Positions 13,472-31,579 of a stretch of DNA of 64,000 nucleotides are shown piece after piece. The stretch's first letter is position 1, and each line of letters opens with the position of its first letter. A model generated the notes under the pieces. That model ran no database searches. It was not told the origin of the DNA and saw only the letters and a list, made by a program, of their open reading frames with translations. Source of the stretch: the human T2T-CHM13v2.0 reference genome, Homo sapiens; assembly GCF_009914755.1 (NCBI RefSeq), contig NC_060948.1. One strand, given 5' to 3'. The translations under genes and the position numbers were made by a program.

Positions 13472-14429
13472 ATTTGCATCTGTTTGCCACCTGCAATTAT
13501 GTGTTTAAATGTTTCTCAGGCTCCCAGACGTTTACGAAGCGATATCTGTCAAACATATGAAATTGAACATTCCATTCTCATTTTAAAAATATCATTTTAC
13601 GTAGTAATTTTCATACTAAGACACTGCATTTCCTTCCCATGAAGAGTACAACTAACGCTAATGGTTGAATTACAGTCCAAGACAGTATGTTGTAATGCCA
13701 TTTATAACTGGTGCTCTACAATCATACCTCACAAGATAAACAGTTCTTAAATGAGTTCAGATGTTTACTACAATGCAACACGAGTTTTAAATGACTAAGT
13801 TATTTTATTTTGGAAGAATAAGAAGTCTTAGTTCCCAGTGGAGTGGGAAATTCTGTCAACAATAATGCTTAGAGAAGACAAACAAGTAGAATATTTAAAG
13901 ATAAATCAAAAGAACACTGTTTTATTCCTGTGTTATGTTTAGGTTATGTCTCCCAAGGGTCATCTAGGTTGTCAACCTATGTGGATGGTATTAATCAGAT
14001 ACCTGAAAAATTCTTCCCTTATGTTTCCTAATTTAGCTATAAACTTAATGTTAACCAAAATAAATAAATTTTATTTTTATTGAAGGCTTTTACTCTATTC
14101 ATTTAGTGAATACAGCTACCTGCCTTTGATGTAAGATATAAAAATGGTTATCTTGCCATCGTTGAAGACCTTCAAATCTACAGTCTGAAGCAAAGCAGAA
14201 ACTGATTCAGATTTACCAGAACTTATAAAATTGACAAAAAGCTACACAGATATATCAGTTTTATTTTTAACTGACATGCATTTATGACATTGTACAAGAA
14301 CCACTCAATGATAAAAATATGCTGCCTATGATATCCATATCTGTGTTAGATATGGTCTTTTATGACTGGTATAATTCAAAGTAAAATAGACAATATTGTA
14401 TAAGAAAAACACTAGTCTTAGGATAATAT

Positions 14430-14625
14430 ATTGTTGGAGCTGGGGAATCCTTAGGGAATATCTAGCTTGCCTTCCCACTCTTATTCTTCAGAGGATGAAA
14501 ATGAGATTCAGGGACATTAAGTAATATTCCCTGGCTCAGAAAATATCTTATTGTCTAAAACTAGATTGCCATCCTTATGTTCTGAACTCTTTCTAGCCTA
14601 TCCAATATTCTTTCCACTGTACTAC
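14430..14625 (-). mobile_element. MIR
   Basis: 'cagaggatgaaaatgagattcagggacattaagtaa' core plus 'ctttccactgtactaca' end. Confidence 0.65.
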
Positions 14626-15056
14626 ACTACTCTTTATGTTAAAAATCATAATAAACTTTGCTTGAAGAGCAGTAAAATAAAACTGTTACTTTGACTGATT
14701 CCTCTAGTGAATTTGAGATTAAAATATGATGATATTGAATTGAAATAAACTTAGAAAAATGACAGCTTCCCAGCCCTCTTAAGTTAGCCATGATTGCAAT
14801 GAATATAATCTTGCAGCCAATTTTTTTTTGCTGTATCCCAAGAGATAATCTAGGAAATTGGAATATTTGAAAGCAATCTGTTACACTCACATCTGTCTAC
14901 CTACAGCCAATTGAATACAATTTTTCTTGCTGATTTACTATATTTTACTAAGACTGCACTTAGCACCAGATTATGTCAGATATTCAGAAAAACTTCCTAA
15001 CAAAATTCTAAAATTATTGATAGTCATGCCACACATAGACACAGCCTAAAAGCTGT

Positions 15057-15503
15057 TGTACTAGTCTACGAGGACTGCCATAACAGTTATGAGAATTACC
15101 ACATATGGGTAACAAAGTTACCACAGACGGGGTAACTTAAATGATAGGAGTTTATTTTCTTCCTGTTTCAGAAAGTGCAAGACAAGATCAAGGTGCCATT
15201 AAGTTTGGTTTCTGGTGAGGCCTTTCTTCCTGGCTTGCTGATGTCCACCGTCTTGCTGTGTGCTCACATGGCCTCTTCTCTGTGTGCATGCAGAGTGAGA
15301 GATATCTGGTGTCTCTTCCTCAGTCGTATCGAATTTGGACTTCCTCTTCTTATAAAGACACCAGCCCTATCAAATTAGGACCCCAGCTTTATGATTCCAT
15401 TTAACCTTAATTACTTTCCTAAAGGCCCTATTTGCAAGTCACATTGGGGGTTGGGGCTTCAAAGTATGAATTTGGGTTGGGGGGATCTATTCAGTTTATA
15501 ACA
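15057..15503 (-). mobile_element. MLT1A-type MaLR solo LTR
   Basis: TG...CA ends; 'caagatcaaggtgcc...ggtttctggtgaggcc', 'atttaaccttaattac', 'gggcttcaa..tatgaattt'; 5-bp TSD gctgt/cctgt. Confidence 0.88.
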
Positions 15504-15807
15504 CCTGTTAAGCATATACATTTGATGTTACTTCATCACATCTTTTCACAAACTTTTAAAGTGGAATCTACCTAGAGGAAGCTGGCATATGCATATGTGT
15601 TATGAATACAGTAAATCATGATTGAATGACAGAGGTACATTCAAACTAGCCACCACCCTTACATTTCTTACTATTTTGCTGCACTTATCCAGAGCAAAAT
15701 TTAACTAACATAAAAGAATAAACATCTTTTTTCTCTGAAAACTGTTGAACCAAATGTACAATGGGTGACAATGGCAGTGAACAGGTTTTGTGTTTTTTTA
15801 AAAAATA

Positions 15808-19553
<3,746 letters not shown>

Positions 19554-20259
19554 ATTTACAGCAAAACAAACTCAGACCTGTAACTTCTACCATGTCTAAA
19601 ATTAAATGGGATTTTCCCTCCACTAAGGAAACAAAGGAAATCACTTTCTAATGGTGCATCTCTCACTGCCGGAGGCATTTCCCCCAAGCCAGTGATAGCA
19701 GGGACAAAATACAACTACCTGTATAGCAGCAATTTTCTATTTAATACTGATCTAGATTTGCTGTATGCTGCTTTTCAAACATCTCTTCCTTGTTGGTGTA
19801 GAATGACACTTTTACAATTGTATTATTAATTTTTTAAGGAAAAGAAAAGTTTGGTTCAATTTCCAGACACTCTAGTTTCTATTTCCTTCAGTTTAACCAT
19901 CATTCTTGTTTTCTTCCTCGGGTTTTTTTGCTCTGTTTTTCACCACCTGCTTCACTCTGTTGCTGTTTTTGTTATGCCTTTGTTTCCTATGTACTACTCT
20001 CTTCAACTTTCCTTTGTTACCTGATTCTAAACAATTTTCCCCACCGTGTCCGGTATTCTCTCATGTTTTGCTTTTCTGTTCTGGTTGAAATGCAGACCAG
20101 TAAAGAGATCAGGCTGAAAATTTATGTTTAATTAAATTTGGGAATAGAACTTTTAATTTTGTCAACATCACCGCATTCTAAAATCTTTTACTTTCGGAAA
20201 CATGTGCCCCTACTTAGTCTTCTTTGTGTTAACATCATGTTTTTTCTAAATGGTAATTT

Positions 20260-20553
20260 ACTTATTTATTTATTGTATTTTATTTTATTTTTGAGATGGA
20301 GTTTTGCTCTGTTGCCCAGGCTCGACTCATTGCAACCTCAGCCTCCCAGGTTCAATTGATTCTCCTGCCTTATCCTCCTGAGTAGCTGGGATTACAGGTG
20401 CCCCCCACCACACTGGGCTAATTTTTATATTTTTAGTAGAGATGGGGTTTCACCATGTTAGCCAGTCTGGTCTCGAACTCCTGACCTCAAGTGATCTGCA
20501 AGCCTTGACCTCCCAAAGTGCTGGGATTACAGGCTTGAGCCACCCCACTGGCC
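20260..20553 (-). mobile_element. AluS (Sx/Sz-like) with about 20-bp internal deletion
   Basis: Reverse Alu; 15-bp TSD tctaaatggtaattt (20245-20259 / 20554-20568). Confidence 0.94.
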
Positions 20554-23009
20554 TCTAAATGGTAATTTTAAAATATTTATTCCATTCATTCTCAGGTATG
20601 AGTGAAAAGCAAAAATGATGAGGATAAGTGTTATCTCCTCAAGAGCATATGAACTCTCTTCCAGTAAAACACTTCTACAAAATTTTGAGAAATAGTTAAA
20701 AATGTAGATTTCGTTTTCGTAAATGTAGCGCATTGTAGATTTTATTTGTAAGTCCTAGTTCACCTGAAACTCTGAGTAAAATAACCTGAGCAGTTTGATA
20801 TATAATAAGAAATTAGATCAATGAGTTAGTCAAATAATGAATTTCTCAGCCTTTGAGTTTTCCGAGTAACCCAAATGATTTTATGTACAGTGACTTTGAC
20901 CTCAACTAAATTTCCAGTTTATCTAATTTCTATTAGATGAGAAACGGATGGAGAATAACTTTAATATATAAAACATTTAAGAACAATAGAAATGTAAAAT
21001 GAGGATGATACCAATCGTTCGATGATTTATAAAGTAGGAAATAATGCATAAAACTCACCTCATACATAAAAGACACTCAGTTATGGTAGACTGTTTTCTG
21101 CTTTCAAGTCAGTTTTATTTTTCACCTTGAATCCATTTTGAGATACAGTCAGCCTTATAAAACTGGAAGTGTTCTGCACTAGTTAATTGTCAGTGTTAGA
21201 TTCTAAGTGGTAAATATTTGCTTTTAATATTTCTTCTCTTTTTTATGATAACTTTGTAATCTTAGTTGATGTGCCATCACCACAGGTAATTATTATTTGT
21301 ATATTTAGTTCTTCAAATAAAAGAGAGAAAAAAGCCCACCAAAACCCAAGTAGTCAAATATATCAGATTGATATTGTTCAGTTAAAATGAAAAGCCACCA
21401 CATTTGGCAATTGAAAGTTAATTCTCAAAGAATGAAATATAATTAAATGTTTGCATTTTTTTTTTCCACAGTAGCTCACAGGAATTATCTTCCCTCACTA
21501 CTAGTGCTTACTTCATGTACTCCAGAAAGTAAGCAATTACAGTGTGTGTGCTACAAATTTGTCCGTAATATTCAGTTTTATAATTTTAACATGGGACATT
21601 CTATGATTTTATATTAAATGGAAATAAAAAGATACTGTCCTTTTTCCTCTTTGTTTATTACAATACAGATAAAATGGAATATATGATAAGGAAGCAGTAG
21701 GATATTAAGTTTTTTTAATAGAAGAGGATAGTTTCTCTGACTTTTTAGCAAAGAAAAGAAACATTAGTTACTATTTTTGAGAGAATAGGGTAAGAAAAAG
21801 ATGATCTTTTGAAAATTAAGTATATGTATTCTGTAGAGTAAATAAGCATTGTTAGGTACACTGTTGGTTTAAAATTATTTAGCATAACCAAATTTGGCAT
21901 CATTGCAGTGCCAAAGAATGCCCTGGCCAGACGTGTCTATGCATTGACTTTTTCCATTGGTGGTAATGAAACTGTTCCATGATAAATTAATTTTTCCATT
22001 TTATTTTTCTTTCACAAAACATAGTTGATTACCTTTTAAAAATGATACAGTGGAATAATTATAGCCTTTAGATAACTTGTAGGGCAAAATAGGAAATTTG
22101 AGAGACATTTAATATCACTGTAAAATAAGTTCAAGGAGGGATTTAGTATGTAGTATGAAAAAAATTTATTAGCATATGTGTTCCTTATTTAATTAAATAG
22201 ATTTATTTCGGTGCCACATTCTTTCAAATTTATCAAAATGTAATAATACGATTTTTATATTAACTTACATGTTAAAGTAAGAGATTGGTTCCCGTGGGAA
22301 AAAGGTTTTGACTAATGTACTACTCAGATTAATAATATCACTGACATAAATACTCCATTATTTTCATAAATATTACTACACAAGAACACATGCAAAAAGG
22401 ACAAGTACCTATCTAAAATAGTTTTCCAATTGTAGAAATGGCAAGCATTTACTAAAACCTTAGAAATTTGAATGTGTTTTTATTTTTACCAGCCAATAAT
22501 CATTTTTACAGTTTTAAATTTATATTCAAGTGAATGCTGTTTGAAAAGTGTCATTTTCCACTGTTTCAACTTACTATTTTATTTTAGATCATTTTCCCTA
22601 CTAACACGAGTTCTTTTTTTAAACTATGTACCCTGAATGAGAAGAATTAACCAGGATACACGGAAGGCCTAAAATAACTAACTCCTGTTCAGGAATAGAG
22701 GCTTACCCAGTGTGTTTTGGGGTCATGTAGACACTTAGTCTAGTACCTGAAACTATTAATAATAATTTAGTTGCTTGATTTCCCTGATGCTCTTATTTCC
22801 TATAAAATAGTCTCTTCATTAATGGCTAGATTATTATGTATTAACAATTGCCCATGTTTTCCTTGTAACAGGAGCTTTTTCATTAGTCCTAATTTGAGAA
22901 GAGCAAAGCAGTCTCAGTGACAATAGTAAAAAGCAGGGATAAAGATGACATTTCTTCAGTCTGTAATTCCACAAAATGTGTACATTTTTTTTTTCTGTAA
23001 GAAAGAAGG

Positions 23010-23220
23010 CAGCTAACTTTTATTGAGTCCCCACTATGTGACAGGGACATTGCAATGTACTATACCTGAAGGTAGGTATTTTTGACTTTGTCTGCAGATG
23101 ATAACACAGAGCCTTAGAGAAAATAGGTAACTTGGCAAAAGTCACACAGTTAGTCAATGACTGATAGAGAAGACAAACCTACATCTGGCCAAATACCTAT
23201 ACTCTTTCCATCATTACACA
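23010..23220 (-). mobile_element. MIR
   Basis: 'tttattgagtccccactatgtg', 'cagatgataacacagagccttagag...taacttggcaaaagtcacacag'. Confidence 0.75.
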
Positions 23221-23381
23221 CTTCCTTCACATTAAAGAAAAGATACAACTTGTTTCTTGTGGTCCTTACATTTGAATATCTTCTATGTAATTTTTTCTTG
23301 AACAAATTATAACTGTAAAATTTTCATGTAAATTGTACTGACACACGCCCAGTAGTGTTTGTTGTGCAGGTTTATTAAGTA

Positions 23382-24476
23382 CAGTCATGTGTCATTTAAT
23401 GATGGAGATACTTTCTGAGCAACGCATTGTTAGGTGATTTCCTTGTTATGAGAACATCATAGAATGTCCTTACACAAATCTAGAAGGTATAGCTTACTAC
23501 ACACCTAAGCTGTATTATATAGCCTAATGTTCTTTGGTTACAAATCTGTACAGCACATTAATGTATATATTTGTAACCTGTAGACACATATAATATGATG
23601 GTAAGTATTTATATATCTAAGCCTAGAAAAAGTACAGTAAAAATACGGTATAAAAAAGAAGAAATGGTACACTCATATAGGGCAGTTACCATGAATGAGC
23701 TTGCAGGCCTGGAAGTTGCTCTGGGTGAGTGAGTGATGAATGAATGTGAAGGCCTAGGACACTACTGTACACTACTGTAGACTTTATCAACACTGTACAC
23801 TTAGGATACACTAAATTGAAGGAAGTCTATTTTTCTTTCTTCAATAGTAAATGAACCTTAGCCTATTATACAGGGCCCAAAAATATTTTATTTGTTTTTA
23901 TTCTCATTCTATAGACTTTTTCTGTTTTTAACATTTTGATTTTTTAAACTCTTCTGTTAAAAAATAAAACACCAACACATATGTTCAGCTAGGCCTACAC
24001 CTGGTCAGGATCATCAGTATCACATCTTGTCTCACTGGAAGATCTTCAGAGGCAATAGTATGCATGAAGCTGTCATCTCTTATGATAACAATGCCATCTT
24101 CTGAAACACCTCCTGAAGGACATGCCTGAGACTCTTCTACAACTAATTTCTTTTCCAAAGTTGGAGTACACTCTAAAATAATGATAAAAATTGTAATATA
24201 GTAAATACATAAACTAGTAACATAATTGTTAATTATTATTATCAAGTCTTATGTACTGTACATAATTGTATATGCTATGCTTTTATATGACTGGCAGTGC
24301 AATAGGTTTGTAGACACCAGCATCACCACAAACACGAGTAATACATTGCACTACAACATTATGATGGCTACGAAGTCACTAGGCAGTAAGAATTTTTCAG
24401 CTCCATTATAATCTTATGGAACCACAGTCATATATGTAATCTGTCGCTGACCAAAACATTGAGCGGCACAGGGCTG
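23382..24476 (-). mobile_element. Tigger3b (MER7B/GOLEM-type) non-autonomous DNA transposon
   Basis: TA|cagtcatg terminus, characteristic 'gaacatcatagaatgtccttacacaaatctag' and 'ttttcagctccattataatcttatgg', degenerate opposite TIR; about 1.1 kb. Confidence 0.87.
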
Positions 24477-25251
24477 CATATCAACATAGAGCACTGGATT
24501 GTTTTTTGCAAGTTTTGTGGGATATCTAAAACATCGATATACAGGATCAAGGTTAATAACATAAATAGGTCAGTAAGATTGTTTTCTAGTCTGTGAAGAT
24601 TTAAAAGTGCAATGTTTGAAGACCAGATGAAGTTAATATTACTATGCAAGCCTCTACAGGTTTGGATTTCAATATGTTTAAATTTGAACGCTTAACAATA
24701 TGTTATGATTTGGGTTTCCATTTCATTTATTTCCCTTTCAAGTTCTAGCATGAATTTTGAGAATCTTCATCAATGTCCCTGTGAAGTAAATGCCACAAGA
24801 AAAGTGCAATCAATATGTGCACCTCCCAGAGAGCCCTAAACAAGTTGAAACACTAAACAACTTTCAAATCTTTAAACTTTTATAGATGCTCATAGATGCA
24901 CTGTAATATTAGCCACATACTCTATGTCTTATTAAGATATTCTGTAACATGTGCTATTTACTCCTGCCAGATCTATATAGCATAAAGTGCACTGGAGGAT
25001 TGGCATCTATCCATTAAATTTTAATCAACACAGAGACAGTTTGGATATTTAAAACCTTCTTTTATTTACAGCTGGTTTTTAAAATTATTGTTGTTTCTTT
25101 TGTTTGCTAGCTAGATTGCTTGCTTGCTTATTTATTGACTGGAGCCATGTGAATAATTTTGGAAGTCCCATCTCACTTCTCTGGCCTCAGAAAAGTGACC
25201 TTAAACCACAACATCCTTGATAGAAATGATAGAAATGATCAAATTATTTAA

Positions 25252-25547
25252 ATTTTTTATGTTTTGGAGACAGAATCTCACTCCTTCACCCAAGCTGGAG
25301 TGCAGTGATCCGATCACAGCTTACCATAGCCTTGATCTCCTGTGCTCAAACGATCCTCAACATCATCCTCTTGAATAGCTGAGACTACAGGTGTATGCCA
25401 TGATGCTGGGCTGATTTCTGTATTTTATGTAGAGATGGGGTCCCACCATGTTGCCCAGGCTGGTCCTGAACTCTTGGGCTCAAGGGATCTGCCCTCCTTG
25501 GCCTCCCAAAGTACTGGGATTATAGGGGTGAGCCACCACCCCTGGCC
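25252..25547 (-). mobile_element. AluJ
   Basis: Reverse Alu with J diagnostics 'gatcacagcttaccatagccttg' and 'ctcttgggctcaag'; TSD remnant aattatttaa. Confidence 0.92.
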
Positions 25548-27404
25548 TGAATTATTTAATCTTAGAGCATTGTTCTTCACTTATTGCGGCTGTATGTTTT
25601 TAACTGAAACCATATGAAGAGTTGGGAAATTACTCAATTAATACAAGTATAATGACCAAAACAAGAATATATTTCATTTTTATATTTTTATTCAGATGGA
25701 CTTGGCAAATGAATTCAACATGAATATTACTTACATTAATAGAAAAAATTATCAGTGCTCTTCTGAAGTCAAGGCAAGTATTCAACCCCATATGCTTTAA
25801 CCATCACATTTTCTGAACAATCTTTGTGCTGGCAATTGTGCTAGATGTACAATTGTGCTAGAAGCAGGTCATGGTGGCTTACTTTAGGTGAACTCACAGT
25901 TTAGTGTAGGAGAAAGGCAAATAAATTATACATTATAAAACAATATATTTAATGTTTTCCCTAGAATTTGCCAAATGCTAGGCAAATAATATTGTAGAAA
26001 TAACTGCCTGGGAAAACTGTGAAAGTATAAAATCGCATAAGATGCTGAGAAATGTAGTGATCTCTCTAAACAGACCAGTGAATGCTGCATTTGATTTATT
26101 AAACAGTTCGTCAAAACTTATTTTTCAAAAGGAGTTCCCCAATTAGCATCTTCTTTATATCCAAGATGATATAAAATATGATGTATTATTTATCTCTTCT
26201 TAAAATAATTGGACACTTTTTTCATAAGACATTATCTGTGATTATTTATCCAATAATTAGTTTAGAAATTTAATTAAACATTAGGAGTTTTTAGTGTCAT
26301 TTTGAAAGACCCTATTATGAAATTATGAAAACAGTAAGGTCAGGAAATGTTTTCTGTTATTGACCTTATGTTATTTGTTTATTTAATTTAGAACTCTTTA
26401 CAAATAACTTACTGGGGTCAAAACTGCTCTGACACTGGTATCAGAAAGACTTTTGAGAAAAGTGAATTTACTTTGTATTTCAAGTTCAAAGGGATTTAGA
26501 TTTGGTAGATTTTGGAAACTTCTCGCCCTGCATCTGCTAAAAACCAAGCAACTTCCTTTCTGAATTTTTAATCTCATAATGCCCCTGTAGTCATTAAAGA
26601 ACCAATGCATGATAGACATTTATTCACTGTGCCTTTCTACATTGAAAAGCTGAATTAAGGTCTCCAGAGCCAAAATGGAATTAAAATGTTTATGTCTTAA
26701 AGACAGCCAAACACGTACTTTCAGAAAAAATTGCAGTCAAGGGGGAAAAAAACAGAAAGTAATTTGTAAAACTGTTCGTTTTTAAACTTTGGAGTTAGAG
26801 AGTGGAAATATGATACAGACAAGAGTGAAGAAATGTTAACTAAAAAGAATGTGTTATAGCTTGTGAAACTGTCCCCTCCCACCCCCCATCCCTGCTAGGA
26901 GTAACATTTGCATTCAATTTGAATGAAGACATACTGATAGACCAAAATAGTTTGATTTGTCTTTAGAGAGTCCTTCTTCATCCTCTCTTAATCTATAATA
27001 TGTGTTTCCACATTCCTTCTTCAAATTTCTTCATTATTCTACCAGTTTCTTTAAGGAGTCCCAAAACTGTAGGCTAGACAAATATGAACCTTTCTGTTTG
27101 TTAAAATAATGCTTCTTTGAATAATTATTTTTAATCTCTTTCTCTTTCTTTCTCTCTTTTTGTAATGCTGCTTCTCAATGCACATTGTATTTTAAAATCA
27201 GTACAGAGTCATAAACTTGACAACAATTGTTGATAATACTTTCCAGTGGTACGTAAAATATCTCAACTATTTCTCAGTTGGAATGATTGGGTACAAATGT
27301 GGGGAATAAATCTATAGAATATTTTGAACCAAGATTTAAAATTCATAGCAAATCTAAGCAGTTCTAACAGATTTTTTTCGCTCACTAATATTTAAGTGTA
27401 AAAA

Positions 27405-27660
27405 GCAATTTAGTGTAATAGACAAGCTCACAGATTTGGAGTTATACATACTTGAGGTTAGATCCTGGATATCACATTTATTAACTGTTTGAAATTCAGC
27501 AAGTCACATAACTTCTCTAAAACTCAATTTACCAAACTAGAAATGAGAAGAATAATAATTACCTTCTCAGATTACTGTTAGCATTCAGTATAATGTTAGA
27601 CTTAAAAGACCTCAACATACAGTAATTTTTATTAAATGTTACTTATTGTTATTAGTAGTA
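27405..27660 (+). mobile_element. MIR (MIRb-like)
   Basis: 'gatttggagt...cagcaagtcacataacttctctaaaactcaattt...aaatgagaagaataataattacct' and 3' tail. Confidence 0.75.
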
Positions 27661-29134
27661 CTGATAGAAGTAGTAACAATAGTAGTAGTAATAGTAATGT
27701 AATATCTAAAAATGTAAGATTATCATTTACTTATTTTTGGTGTTTCTTAGCTTCTTTTATCTTTAATTGTGTAATATTCTAATGCCATATTAATTTGTTC
27801 CTAAAAAAAATTTAAGTCAAATCAAATTTGCACCACAATTACCGTGGAAAAAATACCTCTTTGAATAAGTTCATTCTATCAAAATACACTATCTGGATGA
27901 AAGTGTTTTCCTTATATTTTTATTGTCTACCTACATTTCAAAATTACTCTGTTTTTATCCTCTGATTTGGGATTTGCCACATTCCTGAGACTTCCGTGTT
28001 TTGTAGCTAAACTTGATTTTTGCCGTGCTTTTCTACAGTGTCAACCAGAAAAGTCTCGCCTGTACAATCCAGCAATCAAAACTCACTTGCAAACACAAAG
28101 ACAAAAATAGAAATAGTCAGTAGGAAGCAGTTTTTCCCTCAAATTTTTTCTCTCTGTGATTGCACAGCAAAGCTCAGACTTTTTTTTTTAAATACAGATA
28201 CTGGGTAGTTGAGATTTGTGATTAAAAAAAATACAGGCCACAATTGCATAAACCATTTGTTTCTCTTATGAGATATTTTTTACTCTTGCACTGGTGTGAG
28301 GTCAGTACTTGACATCATCTCCATGGATGTAGGACAGCACCATTATTATTTCAAAGCACCTTAGCCTGGGAATAGATTTGTTTCATGTCTGATTACATAA
28401 AATCTCAATAACTGTTTCACTATCTTTCTAATCATAGGAAAATTGGCTTTTCTAGAACAAAATTAAAAGAATACCATCCAAGGTAAAGGCAAACAATTCT
28501 GTAATTGTCACTTTTGTATCAATCTTACTGATCAATTAGTTAGAGGACTGGGAAGCTGTTAACATCCTTAAAAACCATAAAGGAAATCCATAGTCATTTA
28601 GCGATTTCACCGGCATTATAACATGAAAAAGTCTTATTTGTTTAAACTAACTATGACTGTCTTTATATAGCAACTTTTTCTCACAGAATAAAGTACGTAT
28701 TGTTACTTTATTCAAAGAATGTAAATTCTCTCTAAAAATAGTCCAATTTTGCAAGCATTTTGCAAGCAGCCTCATTGCTATATGGGCACAACTGTAAAGT
28801 AAACCAAAAGATTTCATTCACTATCAAAATGTTTTGTGAAAATAATTAGATATCTTAGATAACCACCTGGATTTTCTTTCCTTTTGTTCATGTTTGGTGA
28901 ACTTTAAGCAGGGATCCTGATTATCTTTATCTTGAGAGTGGGTAGTGGAATTCATCTTCCTCTATCAATTGGTCATTTATTATATATTTGTGTCCACAGT
29001 ATATGTCTTGAGACTGTCTTGCAAAATTATTAATTTAATTTTTGATTTTTCAAGATAAACAAAGATCAATACAGGAATACTTTGAACTTAAGGTTTTAGA
29101 CATTCAGTAAGAGAACAAAAGATAAAATTAAATA

Positions 29135-29515
29135 ATTTGGATTGAATTTTAAGACCTGGTCTTCTACTTAATGGGAATGAGACCACGGCCGTAGAATTAA
29201 AAGTCTTATATGCCTTCATTGCTTCTTTTTTTGCTTTAATTTTTAGTAGAGACAGGGTCTCACTATGTTGTCCAGGCTGGTCTCAAACTCCTAGGCTTAA
29301 GTGATCCTCCGCTTTGGTCCCCCAGATTGCTGGGATTACAGGTGTGAGCCACTGCATCCAGCCTGCCTTCATTATCTTCTATGTGAAATGCAGATAAGCA
29401 CACCTAACTCAGATAGGATTATCAGGAGAGTGAAATGAGATTTTATATATATAAAGTGCTTACATGTGGCCTGGCATATCATGAGTACTTGATAGAGAGA
29501 GCTGCTATTATTATC
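29135..29515 (+). mobile_element. MIR split by a FLAM insertion
   Basis: 'tgtgaaatgcagataagcacacctaactc...aaatgagat...taaagtgctt...gcctggcata' resumes after the FLAM. Confidence 0.7.
29226..29363 (-). mobile_element. FLAM_C (free left Alu monomer)
   Basis: Single left monomer with T-tail; TSD tgccttcatt (29211-29220 / 29364-29373). Confidence 0.85.
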
Positions 29516-30098
29516 ATCAATGATAAATTAAAATTTATAAATGTAAAATAATACTGATAAGTAGATCAAGATCTTTTCAGTTTGTTTGCTAGTGGACACA
29601 GAATTTTCTTTGACATATCACCATTCATTTTTAACGCTGCTAATCTTACACAGTTTCCTTTATCATTTTGCTGAGCATCATGGTATAATTCTAATCAATG
29701 TTCATGTATGTTCAGTAAGTTAATTAAAGCTTCCATGCCCAACCAAAATGCTACCACAGTTAATGGGTTTGGGGTTGATTACCAGAATCCTATATGATAT
29801 GATATTCTTCTATATATTGAAACAAAGACAATAACATCTCATTCTACCTTGTCTCATACGCTCACATTTGTGTACAGTACACAAATGGAGCATGTGTCTG
29901 TGGCAATCGGCTAGTGAGAAAAATAAAATATATTAGCAATCATTATAGTAGACAAAAGTTCTAGCTCACATGCCTCTGAGTTTTTCATCTGTTAATAGAA
30001 TCCTGCTGAAATGTATATTACCTGTCTCTGCTCCTGTTCTGGAATTTTAGTATAGAAAGGAAGTGGGCAGATCTAACAAATAGACAATGATCTCATGA

Positions 30099-30135
<37 letters not shown>

Positions 30136-30158
30136 GTCACACACACACACAAACACAT
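30099..30158. repeat. Compound (TC)n-(CA)n microsatellite
   Basis: Directly visible. Confidence 0.92.
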
Positions 30159-30361
30159 ACTTTTTTTCAACTAAATCAATAATATGAAGGATATATTATC
30201 CATAAATCACTAGGATTACTGTTACCACTAGCAAATAAATAGTGTCTAAATACAGTTCTAAAAAGTTATTATGATTCATTGCACATAATGAATTATAACA
30301 ATATTTGAAGATACTGGAATGAAAGGACAAATTTTCCTTACAATCTTGTATACTCACATTA

Positions 30362-31579
<1,218 letters not shown>

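Noticed and set aside
15315-15381. 18-nt insert flanked by cttcctc repeats in the MLT1A LTR
   Set aside because: It resembles the adjacent downstream LTR sequence (cagccctatcaaattaggac), so it is local slippage rather than a foreign insertion.
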